A DNA stretch of 64,000 bases from Macrostomum lignano (taxonomy: Eukaryota), in NCBI GenBank assembly GCA_002269645.1, contig NIVC01002281.1:1-64000 (forward strand). Reading direction: 5' to 3'. This document shows, in pieces, positions 1 through 34,633 of the stretch. Position numbers and translations under genes: made by a program. The stretch's first letter is position 1. The number at the start of each line of letters is the position of its first letter. The notes below the pieces were generated by a model. That model ran no database searches. It was not told the DNA's origin and saw only the letters and a program-made list of their open reading frames with translations.

Positions 1-15177
<15,177 letters not shown>

Positions 15178-15312
15178 TTAGTCGAAGAAATTAATTATGC
15201 ATTCATGATAATTTAACAAGTACGTGTCTTAGCCATATGGCCCTCAGTAAAGCACAATTTAAACATTTCAAACCTCTTTATTTCAAAAGTTTGCCAATTT
15301 TTCTAAATTTAT

Positions 15313-15327
15313 GTAACTTATGGCAAC
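15313..15327. promoter_or_regulatory. Candidate RFX X-box of the dynein promoter
   Basis: gtaact-tat-ggcaac fits GTNRC(C/T)-N0-3-RGYAAC and lies 136 nt upstream of the dynein ATG (15177). A forkhead-like TAAACA is at 15260-15265. Confidence 0.65.
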
Positions 15328-15884
15328 CGTATCTAACGATGAAAAATACGAGCAAATAAATGCCGGAAAAATATTGCTTATGTAGGAACCTTGGATTGGA
15401 GTTATTTGGTTACAAAAAATACACGTAGAATTTAAAACTACTTAAAGAAGCTTAAAATTCCAAGTAATATAAAAATTTACTTCATGGAGTTTTTTTTAAG
15501 ACTTGTGCAGTTTTTCTGAAGGCTGGGTTTTTTTAAAGCTGCGACTGTTATACCGGGGAATAATATGAATGTTCTCACAATGAAAAAGTGAAATATTACC
15601 TAGTACAGTATTCCGTTAGATATAATACTTTTGCCAGTTTTTGGAATAAACAAAAATTTTTGTGGTCCATGGCAGCAGAGTTAAAGAGGTATATTTTTAT
15701 TCATTATTACCATGCTATTTGTCAGAATTTTTACCAATTTAGCAAAGAGACTAAGGACTTTTCTTCTCCCACATTCAAGGTACTACATTTCGAAAAGAAT
15801 GAATTACTTACTTACTTAAACCAGGGGTAGGATTGCTCCGTAATCTCCGTTATCCGGCCCGCTCAAGATTATGCCTGTCTGCAG

Positions 15885-16030
15885 CTCTCTTCTCTCCTCT
15901 CCTCTCCCTTCTCCTCTCCTCTCCTCTCTCTTCCTCTCTCCTCTCCTCCCCTCCTCTCTTCTCTCCTCTCCTCTCCCCTCTCCTCTCCTCTCTCCTCTCC
16001 TTTCTCTTATCTCTCTTCCCTCTCCTCGAT
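15885..16030. repeat. CT-rich (ctctc/ctcct) low-complexity tract
   Basis: Direct reading. Confidence 0.9.
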
Positions 16031-16266
16031 CTCTGATCCCCTCCTCCTGGTCCGCAGTCATGCGCTAGGTTCTCTATCTGGCCCTTGATACAAAGTAATT
16101 TCCGACCGCTGACTTAAACCGAAAATTCATTAATATCCGATACAATCGAAACTAACAAGATCTCTTGGTAGTGCAGAGCAAGTCTGACGAATATAGATAC
16201 TTCATGTCATAATCTTTATTAGTATATTTAAATTTTGTTAACCTGACACCAACATGATATTTCCTG

Positions 16267-16272
16267 TTTATT
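16267..16272 (-). terminator. Probable polyadenylation signal of the secreted-protein gene
   Basis: AATAAA on the minus strand, ~53 nt after the stop codon at 16325. Confidence 0.45.
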
Positions 16273-16324
16273 GTCCATTGTCCATTCCTACTCAATTAGT
16301 TCTTCTGGAAACTTCAGGAACTTT

Positions 16325-18285
16325 CTATTTCAGGTACACAAGGAAGCGATCAGCATCATGCTGAGCTCCACCCTTCTGCAGCAATGGTCTTCTACTCTTG
16401 GTATAAATTAAAGCTGGGCTGCGTCCACTCCACTTTGCGTTAGCCCAAGGACAAGGATCTCGGCCATCGGACACCATCCAGAAGGCTCTATCTCCTGGGC
16501 AGCCATGGTAGCTGAAGCTGATGAAGAAGCTGCGCTTGATTGCAGCGTGGCCTCTGATCGAAAAGTAGTTGAATTTACTACCAACAGGATAGGGATAGCT
16601 CGATACGACACGCTCCTTGCTAAACCAGTTCTCCTTGTTAAGCTTGGATCGCTTGGTAGAGATGTCAAACACAACCTGGGCTACCATTCGACTGCCGGCA
16701 CGCATTTCTGCTACGATGTAGTGCTTTCCAGTCCTAGCATTCAGTGTGCTGAGACTGTCGATCAACTCTGAACGGAATACGCTAGGCAGATTGCCACTCT
16801 TTGGAACTCTGCTCTTGATGGCGCTGTTCAAGAAGGTTGCAGCGGCTTTTTGATTCGAGTTGGCTTTGACAGTGAAGAGCAAAATCTTGCTGGGCTCTGC
16901 AATTGATTAATTAAACATATTGTCTTCTAGAAGGATTTCGAAAACGAATTCAAAACGGGCAATCGTGCATTTTTGGTGAAATTTACCGAACTCGAACGCT
17001 TCGGAAATTGCTGGAGCCGAACTGCTTGATGGTCGCTTGAATCTCATGTACACCAGGAAATTATCGGCCGACCTGGCGCTGCCGCTCTGGAAGCGAACGT
17101 TCTGGTAGGCCGAGTAAACTAGCACGGGGGTTTTTCCTCGCCAGTACTGATTTGCCCATGGGCAAGGGTCCTTTTTATCTGACACCATGAAGGCTCCGAT
17201 GTCGCCTGGGCAGCCTGCGTAGTGGTAATTGACGAAGAAATAACGTTTAATAGCTGCATGACCTGCAACGGAGAAGAAGTTGAAGTTGGTGTGACCGATC
17301 CAGAACGGCCTGCTGGAGATGAGCCTCTCTTTGCTAAACCAGGACAACTTGTTCAGGCCTCGAGGATTGCCGTCGAATACAAGCTGGGCTACTGTACGTC
17401 CAGCCTTCCTCATCTCTGCCACAATCTCCCAGCTACCAGTGGAGGCTACAGTTGCCATCTGATCGACCAGGTGAGACCGGTACACATCTGGGAGGGAGCC
17501 GTCACGGGGTGCTGGATAGTTTTGCTCCGTGGTGTAAGTTTTATAGGCTGAAACTCCGATGTTTGCCTTGATGGTGTACAACACCAGCTTGTCGCCTTCT
17601 GCGGATGACGGTATAGGTAAATTTTTATAATGAAATGCGCAGTTCAGGAACAGCACGCGACCATTGACTCACCGAACCAAAACTCCTTCGGGTACGGTCT
17701 CGTTGCAGCATTGATGATCGGCAGGCTGACCCGGCTGAGAGAGAACTGCATGTCCTTGGCCTGGCCGAAGAATGTGAATCTGAGCGAGGCCCTCAGACTG
17801 CGACTGCGTTCGCCCTTGAATCGCAGCGACTGAAGCAGGCGCCTGCAAATGCTGCGGCGTTTGCAGCTGAATCGAACCACCGGAGAATCGCCCTTGCGCC
17901 ACTCGGCCAGGACGCTCACCTGGGGACACTTGGACTTGCAAGCTGGCTGTCGCATCTGGACCTTGAAGCGTTTGATCTGAAACATGTGCCACTGCCTGCG
18001 GGACGTCTTTGGCAGCTTCATATGGCTGACGATCTTCAGCGGCACGTTGAAGTAGTAGCCGTTTCCTAGGGGATCTCGTAGCACCCTCGACCGGCTTGGC
18101 AACTGCATGGCAACGAAGGGCTGGACGATGCGAGCATCGCCGTACTTGTAGCAGCGCAGCCGACTGCCTTTGTAGACCAGACTAGGCGCCCGCTCCAAGC
18201 TGCTGGCCTGATTCTCCACAAGGCTGGCCAATGCTACTGACGTTAGTAGCATGAGGCAGCAGCACAGCTGCAGGTTGCTCGACAT
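16325..18285 (-). CDS. Uncharacterised secreted protein (~598 aa): signal peptide, basic Cys-containing N-terminal domain, two tandem copies of an unnamed ~185-aa domain
   Basis: Exons 18285-17673, 17598-16987 and 16896-16325; introns of 74 and 90 nt, GT-AG, both phase 1; total 1797 nt, in frame. N-terminus MSSNLQLCCCLMLLTSVALA looks like a signal peptide. Exons 2 and 3 align (IVAEMR..VAQ.VFD..WFSKER..SS..F..FS..GHAAIKR.FF...Y.GCPGD...MVSD..DPCPWAN..W.G..P.L.Y..AD.FLVY). Confidence 0.88.
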
Positions 18286-19510
18286 GACGATCTGTCAGGC
18301 GTGGTGTGTTTACGGTAGTTAAACCAACATGAAAAGCGAGACACAACTGTTGCAGGAAAAGCATGCAAATTGTTCGTCTTACCGATACGGAAATTTCTCG
18401 ATTTCAAGCGCGTCTGTGAATGTCGTAAAGAAGGCTGTCAATTTTTAACTCTTAGTGCCTGAAAGACTGGAATCACATGTTGTATAAATAAAGAACTTCT
18501 GGCCCCTGGAGAGCGATCGCTTGCTGCCCACGCAGAGGATAGTCTTCAAACAACATCTGGGAAATGGGGATTCTAAGCTTGGCAAAATCCATGGACTCCT
18601 AGATTATGTGGACTGGAAAACGAAAATAGGAAAAAGCCGTATTCACATGGAAATCTACGCTCGTAGCTTTTAGAGGCTCGCAAGAGGTTTATTTGTCAGG
18701 CATGAATTTCTAATCATGGGGAGCAAGACATAGGGAGGTGCGCAGATAGTGGCTTGAGTCATTTGCCCCATCACGTCTGATGCGCGCCTTGGTGTCATCA
18801 GACACCAAGCTGGTTGGTTGGGTGAAGTCACCCCACCAACCAGGCGTGCTGGAGCCTGAATGCGAACGCACCCCGATCCGGCTCTCGATCCGATTGATTG
18901 AAATCCATCCATTGAATGGTGCGCAACAGCCCTTATCTGCTTGCTTCTTCTTTGCGGAATAAAAAGATATCAATCTTTTGAACATTTTCCTGTACTCGTA
19001 TCCAAATAAGGTAGTTACTTTAACCAAATCTAAAATTAACTAAAAAATCATTTTTTACAATTTTAGAGCTTAGCTTTCAGTCCACATTTTCTAGAAGTCC
19101 ATGATAGAGCTGGGACGGGGCAGTGGGCTAATCCACAGGTGCGAGACATCGCTGACATAGCCGCGTCCCCTTGCGTCTCTGCCATCGATTCAGTTCTTCA
19201 CTGGCTCCAGCTGCGAAACGGGAATCCTGAGCCCGCCTCCGACCGTAAAGGACCAAAAAAACGAATGCATTGATATGATATGCAATCAAGAAGCTTCTGA
19301 GGAAAACTTAATCGACAAGTTTGGATAGCTCTCAACATTGCCTTCTTGTCCGCTCAATATCTCTGCTAAGGGCTAAGGCTCTAAAAGGCGATCAGTTGAA
19401 ATTAAAAAAAATTGTGCTTGAATTTCTGCTGCTAAAGACAAAGGAAATTCGCTTTGGTCTTTTAGCTGGGCTAAAAAATGATTCATTCTTTCTGAGGAAT
19501 TCTGTATTAA

Positions 19511-20588
19511 CAGTAGAACTACCAAGAGGGGGGGGAAATTCCCCCTCCTGACATTTTTTTTCGCTGCGCCGGAACGGAGCAACGCAGGCACACGAAATTC
19601 AAGAACACGGGCTAACTTTTTGTTGCGCACCTTCTCAAACAAGAATCAAGTCGCCAGCCCTTCGGACCGTCGAGATATTCGACGATTCTGCCAGAAGGTC
19701 GGATTTTTCCCATAAGTGCTAGTGTATTCAGTACACCCCTGTGCGCCAATTAGCACTGCGCCTCAGTGCAGCCTTGCCAAGTCTCCAAAACAGTGGGCAA
19801 GAATCAACCGCCAGACATTCTCAGCTAGTCTCTCAAGCATTCCGTCATCATCCGACGCTGTCGGCTCCTTCAACAGATTACACCAGGTGACTATGGACAG
19901 CCTGATAAGAATTCCTCTAGTTTCGCTGATCAAGCCTCGATAGTGGGCAAAAATCAACTGCTGGACATCCTCAGCTAGTCAGTCAAGCATTCAGCCATTC
20001 TCAAGGAATCAACTGCTGGACATCCTCAGCTAGTCAGTCAAGCATTCAGCCATTCTCAAGGAATCAACTGCTGGACATCCTCAGCTAGTCAGTCAAGCAT
20101 TCAGCCATTCTCAAGGAATGTTGAGGCTTGATCGGCGAAACTAGAGAAATCCGAATCAGGGTGTCCATAGTCACCTGGTGCCACAGCTGTTGAGGGTCCA
20201 GAAGCTCCACTTGGGTGAAGGCTAGTGACCAACGAAGTCAGAACTTATGCAGACACGTGTTCGACGTGCTGATGGAATTTGGAGACTTGGCAAGGCTGCA
20301 CTGAGGCGCAGTGCTAATTGGCGCACAGGGGTGTACTGAATACACTAGCGCTTATGGGAAAAATCCGACCTTCTGGCAGAATCGTCGAATATCTCGACGG
20401 TCCGAAGGGCTGGTGACTTGATTCTTGTTTGAGAAGGTGCGCAACAAAAAGTTAGCCCGTGTTCTTGAATTTCGTGTGCCTGCGTTGCTCCGTTCCGGCG
20501 CAACAAAAAAATTGTCTGGGGGGGTCAATTTCCCCCCCCCCCCTCTTGGTAGTTCGACGGGCGGAAAAATGGCTTGGTATTCCTACTG
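19511..20588. mobile_element. Non-autonomous foldback/MITE-like DNA transposon flanked by TTAA
   Basis: ttaa|cagtag...ctactg|ttaa (19507-19510 and 20589-20592). Near-perfect inverted arms ~19516-19790 vs ~20279-20555, inner inverted arms ~19883-19938 vs ~20124-20180, and three central 55-bp tandem units (19952-20116). No transposase ORF. Confidence 0.85.
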
Positions 20589-20728
20589 TTAAAACACGCG
20601 CGATATAAATTTTGAAGCCTTCCTCAGTGATGCCGTCGAAAATACAAAAGTTTGCCGATTTTGTGAGCGTTTTCTTGGCGTTTTCTTTTCAACTAGGGGT
20701 CACAATTTCCAGCAAGCTAAGTTGTTCA

Positions 20729-21844
20729 GTGACTGGCACCTGCTCTGTGACTGGCACCTGCTCTGTGACTGGCACCTGCTCTGTGACTGGCACCTGCTCT
20801 GTGACTGGCACCTGCTCTGTGACTGGCACCTGCTCTGTGACTGGCACCTGCTCTGTGACTGGCACCTGCTCTGTGACTGGCACCTGCTCTGTGACTAGCA
20901 CCTGCTCTGTGACTGGCACCTGCTCTGTGACTGGCACCTGCTCTGTGACTGGCACCTGCTCTGTGACTGGCACCTGCTCTGTGACTGGCACCTGCTCTGT
21001 GACTGGCACCTGCTCTGTGACTGGCACCTGCTCTGTGACTGGCACCTGCTCTGTGACTGGCACCTGCTCTGTGACTGGCACCTGCTCTGTGACTGGCACC
21101 TGCTCTGTGACTGGCACCTGCTCTGTGACTGGCACCTGCTCTGTGACTGGCACCTGCTCTGTGACTGGCACCTGCTCTGTGACTGGCACCTGCTCTGTGA
21201 CTGGCACCTGCTCTGTGACTGGCACCTGCTCTGTGACTGGCACCTGCTCTGTGACTGGCACCTGCTCTGTGACTGGCACCTGCTCTGTGACTGGCACCTG
21301 CTCTGTGACTGGCACCTGCTCTGTGACTGGCACCTGCTCTGTGACTGGCACCTGCTCTGTGACTGGCACCTGCTCTGTGACTGGCACCTGCTCTGTGACT
21401 GGCACCTGCTCTGTGACTGGCACCTGCTCTGTGACTGGCACCTGCTCTGTGACTGGCACCTGCTCTGTGACTGGCACCTGCTCTGTGACTGGCACCTGCT
21501 CTGTGACTGGCACCTGCTCTGTGACTGGCACCTGCTCTGTGACTGGCACCTGCTCTGTGACTGGCACCTGCTCTGTGACTGGCACCTGCTCTGTGACTGG
21601 CACCTGCTCTGTGACTGGCACCTGCTCTGTGACTGGCACCTGCTCTGTGACTGGCACCTGCTCTGTGACTGGCACCTGCTCTGTGACTGGCACCTGCTCT
21701 GTGACTGGCACCTGCTCTGTGACTGGCACCTGCTCTGTGACTGGCACCTGCTCTGTGACTGGCACCTGCTCTGTGACTGGCACCTGCTCTGTGACTGGCA
21801 CCTGCTCTGTGACTGGCACCTGCTCTGTGACTGGCACCTCCTCT
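20729..21844. repeat. 18-bp tandem array (62 copies), open in several frames; possible coding repeat (VTEQVP)n or (CSVTGT)n
   Basis: Unit gtgactggcacctgctct, nearly invariant (variants at ~20897 and in the last unit). Confidence 0.97.
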
Positions 21845-24131
21845 GTTGCTGACGTTCCTCCCTCTCTGTAACTACAGCGCCTCCACTGTAATTTTCAAAG
21901 AACAAAATAAACATCGTAATTTCAAGGACTGCGAAGCAACTGTCAGGGCCTGCTGCGCTGCGATGCGGACTAACCGTGTATCAGGACTAAACAATGTCTC
22001 AAGCAACATAAACTATCTTAAATTTGCCGGTACATGCTTTAATTTGCACGAATCAAATCTGAAGCGGAAGAAATAGTCAATTCAACGGTTGCTTTTAGCG
22101 CATCATCAGTGTGACTCACGGCAAACAAAACAAAAGTGCTATCTGCTGCTGGTTAAACAGCAATAATTCCATGTGTTTATTGACAATATGCTTCTTTGTG
22201 GACGCATTTTAACTGCTCCGCGCGACTGTCACAGTAGTTGCCTCTTCGCTGCACTGTGGAAATTCAAACACGTGTGTACACTATATACGCTCGTTAGCGA
22301 GAAACGTTTTAAAGTTACTTGTACAGAATTTTAAATATCAAAGCCATTTCAAACAAAATAAGCACAATAACCAGCCCTCACGTAAAAGAGTCACATAAAA
22401 TACGGGGCAAGGACCGCTAGAAGTTGTCGTTGGACAGGACGTAAAAACTCGTGTTCTATAGAAAAGTTTTAAAGGCTCGATTTTTCTTTAAAATTCCGCC
22501 TAAAATGCATTGACGAGATAGAAAGTCTACATTTTAAGTACTTCATGGACGATTTCTTTCCTGTCAGCTAGCGTGCGCTTAATTTGAGTTGCCACTGGAG
22601 CCTGTGTCAGACGCGCAAAATTACCGTACTTCTTGTCTCTCTAGCATACTTTTGTCTAGAAAGTGCACACAGTACGTATAAGCTTTTCCCGATTCCAGCA
22701 GAATCTATACATCAAGTCAATTTTACAACAGTGAAGCCCCTGAATGTGAGATGTTGACAATTTAGTACTACAATACAAAACTGTTAGGCTCCCAACTTCA
22801 AGCCAAATTGAGTGATACGTCATGATGCAGCGTTAACTTCTAGTGGTCATTGTACAGGAGGCATGAATGGGATTAACTACCAAGGTCTAGCTACCAGTAT
22901 AGAACACTACAGAAAACTGGCTGTGAAATCTACTCCACAGCTCAGTGATCATGATCAATTAGTCAAAAAATATGCGCTCGTATTATTAAAGAAGAAACAG
23001 AAAAATACAGCGAACAATAAAAGAGAGAATAATCTAAAACAGACAGAAATAGAAGAACATAAACATAAATAAATCTAATTTGAGTCTGCTGATCACAGCG
23101 TGTTGCGGCAATACAATTCAGCTTTGTACAGGTAGGCGCTGCTTAAATCACAATTGCACTGCTGTTCAATAAGTCCAATCAGATTAAAATAGACTCGATT
23201 CCTAGAATTGCAACAACGAAAAAGGTTGCTATAGATAAAATACGATGCAATTAAATGGGCGTGAGTTCGGGCAAAAATGACAACACGAGTCTAAGTCTTA
23301 TGAAGAGAAAAAGTTCAAAGAAAATAAGTATATAGCGGCAATTTTTAAACAGAAAAGTTATATATATATATAACTATTCAATTAGAAATTAACATGCCAC
23401 TGCACTGTCAAAAAACATGCAAAGAAACAGTTTACTTTAATGCTTATTATAATATTGTAGAGTGCTGACTGTGGTTAATTAACTGTGAATTAATTATAAC
23501 GATAAATACAATAAGTATGATAATAACAATAATGATTAATATTACTGAAATATTGATTATTTAATAATATTAATTAATGATAATATAATAATAAAATGTT
23601 CGTCGAAGATAAAAGATGTAAAAGATGTAATTTAAGTGTAATTTAAAAGTTAATAAAACATTTTGTTTCAATGATTCATTCGTATAAATGAATGCAATCT
23701 GGGGCCGTTCTCTCACAATGGACGCTATAACTTGTCTTGTGGTTTGTTTAGTCTTGTTTTTTTAATTACCTAAGAGCCATCTCATACTTGCGTACAAACG
23801 ACAATTAAGATTGAGCCTAATCCAGGGTTCCCAGATAATCCACCTGCTTGAGCTCTAGAGCGGGAATGAGGCGCGTTGAGTGAGAAAAAAAGGTGAATAG
23901 GCTGAATAAAATTGTGTGAGGTAATGTACACAGCCCCACAATGGGCCAATGAGCATTGAGTGTCAATATAGCAGTGTCGGAGGGGAGCATTGACATGGAA
24001 GGGAAGCGATGACGCAACAAATTAATCGGCAGTCAAAGGTTAAAGAGAGTCTTTATAAAGTACAAATTGAACACCTAATTAGTATAGCCAATATTCGCGC
24101 CCCTCCATAGGGCAGAGATCCATCGATGCCG

Positions 24132-33530
<9,399 letters not shown>

Positions 33531-34364
33531 CTCGCTGCCGTGGCCGCCCTGGACGCCGTGCGATCCGCCGTGGGTGTGATGCCCGCCTCCGCTGGAGCCG
33601 AGGCCGCTGGCTTGGTGAGAGCCTTCTCTCTGGTACCCGGCGAAAAGAACCTCTCGGAGAGGACCTGGCGTTAGGGATGAATAAATTTCAATTGAGTCAT
33701 CATTTTCCACTGAAAAGACTGCATGCACGCATAACCCTAGCAACCAGGGGAGGTCATTAGAATTCGGAAATTGTTCAGCATAGTTGATTTAGCTCATCAA
33801 GCTCGCATCAATGGGTGCGTTGCATCGATCGAGCCATGCTGCATGGTTTCATAATTCGCCTTTGCCATACACTTAATCTCCTCATGTCGGTCATTTGCGA
33901 GCCGAGGCATGGGAACCGAAACGTTGGGAGAAAAAAGGATTGCACAAAAAATGGGCAATCGTAAAAATCCACCATCGACCAATCCCATCTCGTATGACTG
34001 ACTGACGGCGCTGAGCGCGCGTCTGTTGGACTACTCTCTGCGATCGATAATAGGTGCTTGATGAGTTCAGAGTGGCCCGATGGACCAGGGGAGGGGGGTA
34101 GGAGCAGGGCCTGGCACAAAGCGGATAGTGGCAAATTGATTGACACGACCCCGGGGGAGTCCGGGTGCCGTGATAAGAGGATGAACTCGTCGGAAGTGGC
34201 GCATCTGAGCAGGCGGATTGAATATGCCGGGCATTGTGCCGCCTATTCGCCGCAGATAAAGCTGCAGCTTAGATGTAGCTTAGGCTGTGGTGTAGGCTAA
34301 ATGGTCACGGCTAGAATTATGGCTAAGGTTATTGCTAAAGCGACAAGGGTTATGGCCATTTTTA

Positions 34365-34633
34365 GGGGTATAATAACAATAATATGCTCGTAATATCAAG
34401 ACTTGAAGGTCGGGGGTTCGATTCCTGATCCCACTGGAACCATTTGTGTCCTTGAGCAAGACACTTAACTCTGCATTGCTTCAGTTCACCCAGCCGTAAA
34501 ATGGGTACCAGCATTAGCTGGGGTAATTGAGGCTGTGTGTGGCGACCACCCAGTCCTTGGACTGAACAGCCGTACGCAGCCTTAGTAGCCTTAGCAATAG
34601 CTGCGGCTGAGCTGTCGGTTGCACATCTGGCCA
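34365..34633 (+). mobile_element. tRNA-derived SINE, family 1, A box destroyed
   Basis: B box ggttcgattcc and body gtgtccttgagcaagacacttaac...ttcagttcacccagccgtaaaatgggtacc...ctgagctgtcggttgcacatctggcca match the reverse complement of 12492-12761; followed by an AT-rich tail. Confidence 0.85.

Noticed and set aside
15178-16324. Operon (SL trans-spliced polycistron) linking the secreted-protein gene and the dynein
   Set aside because: The genes are co-oriented and only 1.15 kb apart, but an X-box and a forkhead motif directly upstream of the dynein ATG favour an independent promoter, and there is no direct trans-splicing evidence in the sequence.
22812-23072. Lys-rich 86-aa plus-strand ORF
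   Set aside because: AT-rich low-complexity composition, no recognisable motif and no splice context; probably chance.
33531-33743. His/Gly-rich N-terminal extension of the innexin
   Set aside because: The ORF-track start is not an ATG, and MDATFMWKL at 33530 gives a typical innexin N-terminus length. The upstream open frame is probably 5' UTR.
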